A model generated the notes under the pieces. The model was not told the DNA's origin, did no database searches, and was given only the letters and a program-made list of their open reading frames with translations. From NCBI RefSeq assembly GCF_009914755.1, contig NC_060927.1: 64,000 bases of DNA, one strand, 5' to 3'. This document shows positions 12,930 to 26,357 of this stretch, piece after piece. This DNA comes from the human T2T-CHM13v2.0 reference genome, Homo sapiens. A program made the position numbers and the translations under genes. The first letter of the stretch is position 1. Each line of letters starts with the position of its first letter.

Positions 12930-13790
12930 TATTTTCAATAAATGTTATTGAGTATTTACTATTAACTCAAATGTTATTATTTACTCGTGTTTGAGATGCA
13001 ATGTTGAATAAGATGCATTCTTGGCCGGCAAGGAGCTCATAGTCTAGCTAAGGACACTGAGAAGTGACCAAGAAGTCATCCCAGGTCTCTCTGGGAGCCT
13101 AAAGGAGGACCACAAACTCAGTATGAGCAGGATCAAGAAAGGTCTTTCTAGGACATGACACTTGAGTCTGAGGGTGAACTGGAGTTAATGAGGAGGAGGT
13201 GGTTGGAGGCAGTGGAAACAGTCAGTGAGAAGATAAGTGCGATAGAGCTGGACCACTCCAGCCTGGCTGGAGCACAGCAGTGGGGGCATGGAGAGGGCAG
13301 GGAGAGGTTGGCAGTGTCAGATCACACAGGGCCTTGTATGCCACGCTAAGAATTTGGAATTCACCCAGAGGGGAAGCCCTTTGTGAGTCATTAACACCCA
13401 CAATCACTTTAGCTGCTTTGTGGAAAATAGATTGGAGAGGAAAACACTAGAGTAAAGAGACCAAGCAAGAAGCTATTGCAGGAATTCAGGAAGCACTGAA
13501 GAAGGAAAAAGAAATGGACATACCTGGATGATAGTTAAGAAGTCAAATCAACAGGATTTGGGGACTGATTGGATGGAGGGGTGACAGACAAAGATTTGAG
13601 GGTTTTACCAAGTCTCTGACTTGGGTGAATTGTTGAGGCCATTCAGAAAGATGGAGAAAGTAGGAGGAAGAGCCAGCTAAAGGAAGCTGTACACTTTGCA
13701 GGTGTCTAATGGTTCCGGATGCCACTCTGGAAAACCTCCCAAGGATGACTGTAATGAACATCTGGATCTGAGGTTGAAGCATCACTGTTG
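12930..13790 (-). mobile_element. L2 LINE fragment
   Basis: ttcaataaatgttattgagtatttact...caaggagctcatagtctag...gctgctttgtggaaaatagattggagagg. Confidence 0.75.
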
Positions 13791-16018
13791 GGAAGAGTCT
13801 CTGTGCTCTTCTTCATGTCCTCAGTGAAGATGGCTTGGCAAGCAGAACACATCAGTGTTCACATGTGTGCCAAGTGGATGAGTCTATACATGCTGATAAT
13901 TGGTATTCAGTCAACCAAGACAGGCAGTAGGAGGACTTTCGTCTGTGTTTTTGTGGCATTTGCTTGGTTTGTCTCAGACAGATTTGAATGTCTCTTTGCT
14001 GCTTGCAGATGTAGCTGCATGAGAATGCATTCCTTTTTCTTGTCCAAATATTAATAAAAATATTTTGCATAGAGCTGTGGGTGCCTTTCTGGAACATCTA
14101 AGGGCGTCGAACAGCTCTGGCTGAGAAAGAATTGATCCCTGCAGAGAAGGAAGCTGTGTCTCTGTGTTCCACACCCGAGTTCCTCAGCTGAGGATTCAGA
14201 GCTGCTGCTGGTAAAGGGAATAGGATTCTCACTATTTTTCAGAGGTGTTAGCATCTTCTGAGATGGCTCAGTTTCTATTTCAGTACTGGGAACCAATATG
14301 TCTGACTCTGTCCTGAGCTGAGCCTGGAAAGAAGACCAAATTCAATCCACCCAAGTGGAGCTGAGCTTAATCACAGGAAGCATGGTTTTCTCCCACATTC
14401 CAGGCCACTCACTACTTCTCATTTTGGACAAAGGAGCCCTGGGTGGAGAAGTGGAAAGAAATGAAGAAGGTGTGGTACAGGTGCCAGGCTAACCATGCAT
14501 TTCTGTTTGCCCTTTAATTTCCAAGACAGCTCTGTGAAGGAGACAGTCTCATTCAACTTAGAGATGAGAAACAAAGCCAAGAGAAGCTCACTTTACCCAA
14601 GACCACACAGTGGCACTTTTAATATCATTGTGAATATATTAATAAACTCATTCTAAGTGAAAAAAAAAAAAAAAGGGACAGCCTGGGGTGAAGTCATGGC
14701 TCTAGTCCTAGGGCCATGCACCTTTCTCATGATGCACATTTCTCAATAGGATACAAGAAGAAAGAAGAGAAGATCCACAGGGAACCTGGGTGACAATCAT
14801 GATTCCTTGTCTAAAATGAATACGACACCCCAAATGCCTAGGGAATCAGCAAGGTTTTGCTGAACTAATGGAAACCATGAAAACTGAGGACAGACTCAAG
14901 GTCCAAAATGGCCTCAAGGGGCTGAAAAAAGGCCGATTCTAACAAGATGATATGGAATGAGTGTCATATGTCAGATTCTTGAAAGCAGCACTAACTAGAC
15001 CTGCCCGAGCATTGTTACAGGTGCTTTATACAGATAATCTCATTTAATGAGCACGATTATGCTCAGAGGTAGGCAGTGTCATCCCATTTTACAGAAAGAG
15101 CTATGGTGTAGAGAGGCTAAGTAATTGGTCAAGGTCATGATGCTAAGTAAATGGTGGATCCAGATGTGACTCAGGACGTGGCAGTCTCATCTGGAGATCC
15201 TTCCTCTTGACTGCTATGCATTGTCAGCTTCTGACAGCAGCTAACTCAAACCCCGCTGAGTGAAACATTAGTTGTGTTTCCATTAACGTCAAGGGAAGAA
15301 ATAAGTATGCTCTCCATTGGTGCTATTTAATAACTTAAAAAATTGAGTAAATAGAGCAAAGGAATGAGCAGAATTAGGGCTGGGCTAATCATTACTCATG
15401 GATGATATTATCATCAGCTTAATAAAAACAAAAAGAGATTAAACTAAAAAACTATTTATAATAATATAAGATTGCAGTATGAGGGTGATATTTAAATGTA
15501 GCAAAATCAATGATTTTTCCATGTCAGTGATAGTCACTTATAAATCTTACTTTAAAAATCCCACTGAAAATAGGAATACAAATATAAAGTCCTTAGGGAT
15601 AAACTCAGCAAGAAATATACATAAACAATATATAAGCTTTAGATAACAAAAATTCTCTGAGAGACATAAAAGAAAACATAAATAATTTAAGGAACATACC
15701 AATTTGAGAGTGGGAAGACCCAGTTCTTACGTGTATCAGTAGTTTCATATTAATTGTTGAGTTGCAATTCTGTTAACTCTATGTCAACATATTTTTAAAA
15801 TCAAGAGAATACATATTCATAGGATGACAGTAATCCTCAAATTAATTATTTGGTGATTTCTTTTAACTATTATATATTTTTATTATGGGTTTTAAAAATT
15901 GAGGTAATACATGTGTTTGGTTAAAAAAATCAAATTAAACAAAAAGACTTATAAAGAGAAACAACTCTTTCTTGCTTCATCCTTCCCATCATGAGCCCCA
16001 TTCTTCAGAGACAGCCTG

Positions 16019-16313
16019 TTTTTTTCTTCTGAGATAGGGTTTCTGTCCCCCAGGCTGGAGTGCCATGGCACAATCATAGCCACCGCAGCCTTGACTTTCG
16101 GGAGGCTGTGTTGTATACTGCCTCAGCACCCCCTCCACTGAGTAGCTGGGACCACAGGCACATGCCACCATGCCCAGCTAATTTTGTATTTTTTGTAGAG
16201 ACAGGGTTTTGCCATGTTGGCCAGGCTGGTCTCAAACTCTTGGGCTCAAGCGATCTGCCTGCCTAGGCCTCCCTAAGTGCTGGGATCACAGGCATGAGCC
16301 ACCATGCCTGGCC
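16019..16313 (-). mobile_element. AluJ-like SINE inside old L1ME sequence (~15480-17510)
   Basis: Alu motifs; TSD cagagacag(c/t)ct on both sides; an atypical segment at ~16096-16140. Confidence 0.9.
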
Positions 16314-17444
16314 CAGAGACAGTCTTTATTAACACTTTTAGCTATTTCTTCTGAGCATTACCTCCCTATTTTTAAAATATATTTTGCCACAATTTATAGA
16401 TTGATCGATTCTAGACATTAATTACTGACTTCTTCCTATGACAGATGAAGATTTAATTCTCTTCCACCACCTCTGCATCTCTCCTTAACGCTCAATACAA
16501 TAATATCATTCTTCCCTTTTTCTATGGGTTACATTTGTTACTTTTAGTGATTTGTTTATGCTTTTTTTCTAATTTGGTCAATAAGAGCATCTTCTGACTC
16601 CTCATCTTGTAAGATGAAGGTGCTATCATCCCCCACAATCTCCTACCCCTTTCCACTCTCATTATCTGTACTTAGATGTCTACGTTAAGGTGGAGGATGT
16701 TTTTATCGTGTTATTTTACCCTAAAGTCTTTTTGTTTGTTCTTGTTCAACTTTAAAAGTTGACAATCAGTAAATAGGGATTACATGGCTGTGACTATGGA
16801 ATCATAATTCACTTCAGAGCCAACTAGTGCACTGTGAGGACAGTGCTTTCATTGAACAGTATTTTTTTTTCTTGCTGGAGTTAAAAAAAGAGATTTTTTC
16901 TTTTGTTTTTTCGTTGTTTGCCTTTATTGTCTTTTTAAGTCTAAATTGTCATGAAAATGACACAAATCTCTCCGACTCCAGCCCCCAGTTTGCCTCTTGT
17001 CTCCTGTTTGGGCTGATTGCTCATCTTCCCAAGACTTCCCTCCACACTTGCTGATGCCTGGCTCTCCTGGTCCCCACAGGCCACATTTACACCCTTATTT
17101 TGTTGGGCCTTATCTCCTCATGACTTTCCAAGCAAAGACAGATAGGAAATAATTTTTCTCACTTTTACATAACTAAAATTGACTTTATTCCACTCTAATA
17201 CCAAATGGCTTTAACTTTTGTTGATGATCTTTGCCTGAATCCTTTACTTCGTTTAGGGCTGCAAACGGGTGATTTTCGAATTCCTTGGTTCCTTGCATAT
17301 TTATTAGCTGGCATTCTTCTGTAAAGATGATTTTTTCATCATCAATGAGGTGTAAACTACTATTCCTAAAAGTGGGGAATTGCTTAATCCTTTTTTTTTT
17401 TCCCCAATTTTCAGGGTAAGGAGTTGATGAAAGTGTCACAGGCC

Positions 17445-17478
<34 letters not shown>

Positions 17479-18842
17479 GTCAAGTGAACATATATATGAA
17501 ACAGAAAGCAAAAGTTGGGTTGCCCTCCTATTGGGCCGACACATAAGCAATCCTCTGTGATTGACGGATTTCCTCCTATTTGGGAATCAAAAGGACAGGG
17601 AAGGTTGGAGGGTGCTGCACCAAACAAATTCAAATCCTAAACCCTTGCTCAGCACAGGTGGAGGAAGAGGACAGACCTTACCAACTGGGAAGGCTTCCTG
17701 ACCAGCCTCTCCCAGCAGGAGAGGCAATGCACAGGAAATATCCTGGGCAAAAACTCTACCCATTGTAATGCTTGTGTTTTAAATTTTCATGCCCCAGATG
17801 TTTTTAGAATAATTGCTGTGCCTAGTGAAGCTGTGCCTGCCTCCGCAAAGGCAGTCCCTTCCCTGAGCTTCCCGTAAGCCCCATCCTCTCATGGGGCTTA
17901 GGTAAAGGAAGAAGATCTCAAATGACTTCCCAGTCCTATTTGGTTAATCTGTTGTGCTACGATGAATACCCCTGGGTTTGGAGTTCACTGAAGCTTCGCA
18001 GTAAAACGAGAAAGGGAGGACATTTAAAAGGCTTCATAATCCTCTTGTGTCTTGAAGCAAAGATTGTAATTTCTGGTTCAAAGGAACCACAGCACAAACC
18101 ATCTGCTTTGTTTTGTTTGTCCCAGGGGAAAACATATAACCAACACAATAATACAACCTCTGGTTCTGTTCTGGACCCTGTGCTAGGCAAGGCAGCCATG
18201 GAGATGGAACGCAGATGTGGATGTGTAACCATATTGACGGGGGTAGAGAGTCATTTCCCTGCAGTCCCTCAAGAGAGCGTTTCTGCAAGCAAAGAGTTTC
18301 CCTATCAGGAAAGTGATGAGGTGGAACTGGGCAGAAGTCCTGTTCACAAAATGTCCTGTACAGTGTGGGCACAAAATAGGTATCTATAAATATCACCTTC
18401 ACGCCCACTCTGTCCCCCACAAAGGCAATCTCTACAGTCTCCTCTAGATCTGCAGTTCTGCGCCTCCATCTGCAAAATGGACTGATAGGGAGGATCGAGT
18501 GGAATGCTTGGAGTGGAAGTAGAGAAGTAGATAGGAAAGCTCTGTGCTCACAGGCAACGAGTTTAGTAGTGCCCCTTATAAATGAGAAAAGCTTTGGAGA
18601 AGACTCTTGGCCCAGAACCTCCCATCCCTACACATGTAAAGGGGAGCATTTCTTTCTTTTCTTGTGGAAGGAGGGCACTGGAAAGGCAGAGCTGGAGGTG
18701 GTGGTTTGGAGTGACCACAGGGACCGCAGGCCTTCCAGATACTCTCCTGGAAGAGAAAGCAGAGTCTAGAAGGCCTTATCTCCAAGGAGGAATGGCTTCT
18801 GCTTCTGGAATTCGGTCTTCCCATGGCTCCCACTTGCTTTGC

Positions 18843-18843
18843 T

Positions 18844-18904
<61 letters not shown>

Positions 18905-18983
18905 CACACACACACACACACACACACATACACACATATACATGGCTCCCATGCCAGTCTTCCCATGGTTCCCACTTACTTTG

Positions 18984-19060
<77 letters not shown>
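18843..19060. repeat. Compound microsatellites (TA)n(CA)n and (TA)n(TG)n, each preceded by a copy of a 32-bp unit
   Basis: Directly visible; the unit is at 18815-18846 and 18957-18988. Confidence 0.95.
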
Positions 19061-19064
<4 letters not shown>

Positions 19065-19361
19065 AGTTTTAGTTTTTGGAGACAGAGTCTCACTCTGTTG
19101 TCCAGGCTGGAGTGCAGTGGCAAAATCTCAGCTCACGGCAACCCCTGCCTCCCAGGTTCAAGCGATTCTCCTGCCTCAGCCTCCCAAGTATCTAGGACTA
19201 CAGGTATGCACCACCACGCCCAGCTAATTTTTTGTATTTTTGGGAGAAATGGGGTTTCGCTATGTTGGCCAGACTAGCCTCGAGCTCCTGAGCTCAGGCA
19301 ATCCGCCTGCTTCAGCCTCCCAAAGTGCTAGGATTAGAGGCATGAGCCACCGTGCCTGGCC
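19061..19361 (-). mobile_element. AluS SINE
   Basis: gagacagagtctcactctgttgtccaggctggagtgcagtgg...catgagccaccgtgcctggcc; tttgctat on both flanks as a probable TSD. Confidence 0.95.
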
Positions 19362-19881
19362 CCATTTTGCTATTTTTTTTTTCCTTTCAAAATGGATCTA
19401 TTTTTTCCTAAGACTTGAACATTATTTTAAAAAATTCAAACCCTACAGAGAAAGTTCAGGTCCTTCTATCTCACGGAGGAAACTACTATTAACAGGCAGA
19501 TCTACAGTCATTCAGACTTAAAAGATAAATATGTAGATATCTGAATAACTTACATTTTATTACATAAATGGAATGTCTTTGATTCTGCACCCCCCAACAA
19601 CATACATATACATTTCTCCCCATTGTTGGTGTAACCTGGTGTCCCTAACATCTCTCCAGGTCTGCCCACATTTAAACAGAATTTGATCCTCTGGAGTTTC
19701 AGAGTCCCTTTCCTCTTCCTGGCTGCTCCAAAGATTTGACACTCCGCTCCATCTGGGACTCCTTGTGGAGTTATTGCCGACTTCTCACCTCAACACACTT
19801 CCCAGGAAGCAGAGTTGTGGATGCGTATGTCTATGTTTTAGCAAATATTTTCCTCTCCAGGGGCACAAACCATGGTGACAT

Positions 19882-19884
<3 letters not shown>

Positions 19885-19950
<66 letters not shown>
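19885..19950. repeat. (GA)n microsatellite
   Basis: Directly visible. Confidence 0.98.
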
Positions 19951-19952
<2 letters not shown>

Positions 19953-20159
19953 ATGCACAGCACCAAGACCCTGATTGTTTGGGGACGCTCACTATTCATG
20001 AAATGCGCTTCATGGTTCTCTCCCCAAGAAGGTAAGTCTGAGAAGTTCATAACCGGCCCTCTGCTCTGGCCTTTTTTTCCCCCTTCCGCTTTTCATTTTT
20101 GATTAAAGCATAACTGAGATACAGTAAAGTGCACACATCTTCTATTTACAACATCATGT

Positions 20160-20249
20160 AAATAATATTGTAGCTGTCTGGTGTCAATTTTAGACTTAAG
20201 GGATTTTGATCTTTCAAGATTTCTATGTTTGGGATTATGGCCCAAACCC
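20160..20249. mobile_element. Ricksha-like (MULE-MuDR) terminal fragment within an L1M 3'UTR piece (~20090-20295)
   Basis: ttttagacttaagggattttgatctttcaagatttc...gggattatggcccaaaccc resembles the Ricksha terminal repeat. Confidence 0.6.
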
Positions 20250-20539
20250 TCAGCTATCTGTGTAACCATCACCCAGACGAAGGACTGGACATTCCAGCAG
20301 GGTGCTTCCTCTTCCTGGCCTCCTTTCCCACTGGCCCACGTTGTAGAAGTTCCCGGGGTGCTTGTTAGGCCACCACTGTCGGCTGGGCCGCTCCTTTTCC
20401 TATCCCCAGACATCGCTTCCTCACTTCCCCCAGCACCTTTTTCGAAGAAGTCACTACCCTGACAAAAACCAGACCCTTTCCTTCAGCTTCTTGGTTCTTC
20501 CCAGCTTCATTTTCCCTGCATCCTCACTTAGTCCTGGAC

Positions 20540-21450
20540 CCAGATGCAGACCAAAGCTCCCAGCAGCACCCCCGCCTGCAGCCCTGACATAGTCCAGAAA
20601 GGGTTAAACCCGGGCAAGCACCAGCTCCACGCAGTTAATCCGGGATTCTCGGCACTGATCTCTGTGCCTGTCATTTGCATTTCTCTTCTTTGTGCAGGCT
20701 TTTCTTCCTCCCTTTCCCGGGGCCCAGGCGCCGGCATTAGCATACTGCGCCCCGCGCGCCTGCTGCAGGGGGCCCCCCGCTGTGTGCCAGCCTGCGCAAT
20801 CTGCAGGCGCCATCAATTTTTCAGCACTTTTCTCATTTCTCATTACCGTCAGGCCCATGCGGCTCCCCGCTCAACACCCTCCTCGGCCGGCCGGCCGCAC
20901 TGCCGGGGAGCAGGCCAGGGGCTGTCACGTCCCTGCCGACCCTCCGGAGCACGCACTTGGTTGTTGAAACTCCCACCATAATTAATCACAGTATTAATCC
21001 TGGCCAAGCCTGTCTTCCTGAATAATTATGTCAACACGCTTGGGTGCCTGTGCCCGACAGAAATTTTACCAACCTTGAGAACTAGACTATATCCCTGAAG
21101 CCAGGACTGCCATGGGGGCTCGGGCTCCCTGCCTGCCCTCTGCGGCACACTCACAGCATGCACACACATACATGCACCTGGCCTGCTCGCACACATGTAC
21201 AGGCACACACACTGCACAGAACCATAGGCGTTAGAGAGGAGCAGAATGCTGAAACTCACAGTAGACAGCATTTCTTTTCAAACAAGCAAGCATGGCCACA
21301 CAATGAAGTTATCTTTAGGTAGCCAAGTGGGCGGTTGTCATAGCGATGTGTGCATTATTAAGAGAGTGTTGTTCATCCTGGCAGCTAATATCATAATGAG
21401 GTTGGCTCATTATCAGGTTGAGCCAAAGTTGGCTTTTGCTCTCCTTTTTT
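20540..21450. promoter_or_regulatory. Non-repetitive CpG-rich element; candidate enhancer or promoter
   Basis: Dense CpGs at 20700-20960 in a CpG-depleted window; octamer ATTTGCAT 20673-20680; TAATCC sites near 20636 and 20995; ataattaatcacagtattaatcc cluster. Confidence 0.55.
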
Positions 21451-23111
21451 GCTGGGGCCTGGGGTCCAGCGAGGTCTCGATTCCACCTCCAAGCTGGATC
21501 ACCGACTCCCAGCATCTGTCTTTTATTTGGTTACCCCAGCTTCCTTCTGTGCTCTTCTAGGGGAGCAGATAAAGGAGGACGGCTGGGCGGGGCTCCTGGT
21601 GCCTTCACCTAGTGTTCGTCCTGTAGCAGGGTGCCTGCTATAGTTTGTGAAACACTTAACAGCACTTGAGAACTATGTTGTCCCAGGCAACTGGGACATG
21701 TGAGATTAAACCGCAGATTGGTCTGCAGACAATCAGCTACTCTGCTTTCCTTCTGCACCTGTTTCTTTTGCCTACTTGGTTCCACGAAACCAGCTGTAAG
21801 GACCAAATGGTACCTTTTGTGTCATGATCACCATTTAATGGGAACTTCTTAATTCCCAGTGTTCACTGCAATTTTGTGAATTCCAAGATTCGTGAAAAGT
21901 CTACCTGTCACCTCAAGTTCAGGTGCCTGGTGGCTGTTTCACCTTATGACCAGATGTCCAGTTAATTTTAAATCAATTTGGAGATTGTTTGCCATTGCTT
22001 TCTTTGTCTGTCTCTGTTTGGGTTTTTTTTATAGGATGCTACAATGGTCTATTTGGCTCAAATTTAGATTTCATGCTGCATGTGATTTTCATTCTTGCCT
22101 CATGTTTTAAAAAATTAAGTTGCTTCTAATTTTCTCACTGTTTGGGCCAGCAGAGCATCCTCTTCAGAAGGAAAGGAGAAAGCAAACAAAATAATCTTGC
22201 TCAAAGCTTCACCAGGGAGATGGTGGCCACTGCCTGAGAGGTGAGTCAGGAAAAGGAAATGGTTTGTACCTTTATCACTAAGTGTCCTGTTGCGGTGAGC
22301 AAAGATGTGCCCTCTCAGGTACAGCCCTTGGTGATGCCCCCAGCACTGCCCTTGCAGACGCCCCCAGCACTGCCCATCTTCAGTACACCCGTTCCTCCAG
22401 AGCCTTTGGCAGTGTTCTGCAGCCCAGTGAAGGGATGGCATTTTATGGTAGGTTTTCTTAGAGCACAGTCCACTAACATCAGAGTCACTTGAGGACTAAT
22501 TAGAAATGCAGATTTTGGGGTCCCCTGACAAACTGTTCCTCAGCTAAGCATGATGCACATCGATTTTTTTTTTTATGAGCCTTTTTGGTGTGTTTCATTT
22601 AGTAGTGTTTTTCCTTGTCCTTTTTCCTTTTTAAAAAGTAATATAAGGATATCGTAAAGCTGGTTTAAACAATGAAAAGAGAAAATGGTTTCTAGTCCCC
22701 GGTCTGTCTCCTCGGGGACTCCTATACTTTTCTGTTTTTATTTTGTGTGTATCTTTCAGAGATATTCCTCACATACATATGTATATAAATTCTCTTAAAA
22801 TCCACAGTGGCAGCTTCCTAAATACACTGTTCTGTCACTTGCTTTTTTTTTTTCCCCTCTATGCAATATATCTTGGCTATGGTTTCATACCAGCATATTA
22901 AGATCTTCCTCATTTTTAAAAATGACTGCACAGTACACTTTGTATGGGATGTAGCATGTTTTATGGGTTTTGAACAAAGCTGGTGTCTGCTCCTAATCAG
23001 GTACCTTTCTCTCCTTAGGCTTTAAGAATATGGTCTCATAAATCTGCAACAACCCTTGGCAAAAGAGAGACTTTTTTTTTTTTTGGCCCTATTTTAACCA
23101 TAGGATAGCCC

Positions 23112-23530
23112 GTCTTGGTTTGGGTTCACCAGAGGTAGAAGCTGACACCAGGATTCCAGTGGGGGTAATCTGGAAGGTGATCATAGGTAACACCTGCAAG
23201 TGAGACAGGGAAGGAAGTCATTAAAGGGGGTGTAATCAAGCAGGTTACCACTGTGGGCAACTGGGGCTTAATTCTTCAAGGGCCACTCCAAGGCAGTGCA
23301 GAGCATGCCTTGGGGTTATTCCACCTGAAGTGTGGTGGAGCTGGCCACTGGTGACTGACAGGTTGCTTGTGGGAGTGGGGGTGCTAAATTCCCCTACCAT
23401 TTCTGGCCTGCCTCACAGGGTATGGGGACTCCATTGACCAAAGAAAAACCTTAGCCCAAGAGATGCAGGTGCCAGTAGCTGGAAGTTGGGCAGTTGTGCA
23501 CTGAAATGGTAAGGGCAAGGGTTATGATTG
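23112..23530 (-). mobile_element. LTR16-family ERVL LTR
   Basis: gtcttggtttgggttcacc...aagcaggttaccactgtgggcaactggggcttaattc...agagatgcaggtgccagtagctggaagt. Confidence 0.6.
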
Positions 23531-24111
23531 TCATACCAACAGCAGTCACCACACAGCTGGAGGCTAGAGCTTCTAGATTCATCTATATACTTAAGAAGAG
23601 CAATGGACATGGATGCAGTGCCAGAAACACAGACTGTTTTCCTAGCTCTTCTCTTATGGTGACTTTGGGTGAGTTGAGTCATTCAAGCTTTTGGAGCTTA
23701 ACTTTCATAATCTGGAATATGAGGCTAGTGGCACTCACTTCTCAGGATAACTTTGTGGACTAAATGAGGATTTCCAGTTTTGGAAAAAAGATTTCAGAGT
23801 CCTGAGTGCTAGTGATTACTGCTACTATGTAGCAGCCAATACCCAGGAAAGAAGGCCATTAACATCCTTCAGAACCTACCCAAGATCACCACATTTGGTG
23901 AGATCAGAGCCCCCATTCCCTGCACTCATGCAAGTTATTCTCCAAAAATGCCAGAAGTCAAATTCAAACCAATCTAAATGGCACCAGGATGCCAACAAGA
24001 AGAGGAGGACAATGCTTCCCAGGGACATTCCTTCCATCAAGAGCACAGCAGACAGACCCTTTAATTCTGCAGTAGCAGGAACATCATGTTTGCTTTTCTG
24101 AAACAGCCTAG

Positions 24112-24420
<309 letters not shown>

Positions 24421-24487
24421 AGAAAGATTCTTGAAGCTTGGTTGGCTCATTGGTTTCAAACATTTTTAGCCTTCAAATTCATTCTTT

Positions 24488-24796
<309 letters not shown>

Positions 24797-26089
24797 CAAA
24801 TTCATTCTTTAAAGAGAATGATACTCAGAAGCTTTGTCTAACAAAAGTGGAGGGCTCCTTGGGTGTGATTTGGTGGGGATCCAGGCCCTCTCTCAGATCC
24901 TGCCACACCCACCTCCTCCTTTGTCCACACCAGCAGGCCTTAGGCTCCCCCAGGCTCTGCAGGTGCTGTTTAAAAAACAACTTGTCTGGTACATCCCTTT
25001 TCAATGAACAGAAGAAGAGATAGGGCACATGGTGACTTCATGCTGGGGCTTCTTTAAATGGGTACAGGGAACCCAGGCCAAGGCACTTTGGTAGGGTGAA
25101 AAATCCTTGTCAGGGCTGTAAGACCCCCATCTTGGAGAGGATGAAACTGGTGGCGACCTCCCCCCATTGCTCTGATTCTGTGCTTTAAGGATATGTTTTT
25201 GGGTCCTTTTGCCTCTGATCCCCTTTAACCCCTCTCCTAAGCTTCCAGTCTGGCACCAGGAGCTTGTCAACTCATTTCCTGTCTAGCTGAGCATGCTCCT
25301 TCCCCCATTACCCTTTGCTCTCTGGCACATAGACCAACAGAGATTCCTACTTCCTACCTGGCCTGGAGGCATTGTACTGCTCGGCTCATCTCCCTCCTGC
25401 CAAGCCTTCTGCTTAGGAGAGGGGGCAAGATGCCCAGAAAGATGAGGTGACTCGCCTAGTGTAGTCAAGCTGGTGCAGAGCTCTTTGGACCACATGTGAT
25501 TCTGAGAAGTTTTTAAGCCACAGTTTTCAGGCATCTTCTGTTTTGCCTTTCTTCTTACCCAGATTAGCCTCTTCTAAGGAGGCCCTGTCTCCACTCCAGC
25601 AATCAGCCAAATGGCACTGGAGAAGGGCAGATTCTTGATTACTAATGAGCATATCGTTTCTCCAGGAAGGAACAGTTGGAAATGGGGTTGGATGTTGTCA
25701 TGTGGGTTGGCAAGAACAACACTGATCTTTCTGTTGTAACTCATTTCCTGGCAAGTGGACCCCTGGAGCCTCAGTTTTCTCGTCTGTGAAATTGGCACTG
25801 TGACACCTTCCCTCTTGAGTTGCTTTGAATACTACATAGAATGACATATGTGAAAGGACTTTGGAAATAGGAAAGGCTGCAGAACTGGAAGAAATTGTTT
25901 TATTATTGTACTTTGTTGATGGCTGTGGAGGTATGACGTTACTGAGGCTGAACACCAGCCTCATAGGGAGCCTGGCATGGTGGGTTGAAAGCACCTGCTT
26001 CTTCAGGGAAGCTCACTCTGCCTGGTGAGAGCTGTTCTTTCGCATGCCCACCAGCAATGGGGATGGGAGTCAGTGGATGGGGGATGGGA

Positions 26090-26357
26090 GTCCAACGGCC
26101 CACTGGAAAACAGGCTTCCCATGCTCCAGTGGGAAGATTCTGAGTATGTCCTCCTTGGTATCTTAGAGGTTCCCTGGCAGCATCAGGCCCCAGTAAGCTG
26201 CTTATTAATGTGTACTTTACTGGCTTTTCTCCCTTCCCTGCCTCACTTTCCCCTTTTTCCCTCATCCCTATTTCCTGGGGGTCTCCTCCCAAATAAACTA
26301 CCTGTATCCAAGTCCTTGTTTCACAGACTGGTTTCAGTGGAACCCAAACTAAGATGC
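26090..26357 (+). mobile_element. LTR16-family ERVL LTR fragment
   Basis: ctcccaaataaactacctgtatccaagtccttgtttcacagactggtttcagtggaacccaaactaaga. Confidence 0.6.

Noticed and set aside
18582-19277. 231-aa ORF and overlapping YI/TH/CV-repeat ORFs
   Set aside because: Stop-free reading through dinucleotide microsatellites and an Alu; no coding signature
20544-20981. 145-aa ATG ORF in the CpG-rich block
   Set aside because: No recognisable domain; long frames are expected in GC-rich DNA
22337-22375. Short direct repeat gcccccagcactgccc x2
   Set aside because: Simple local duplication; not an array
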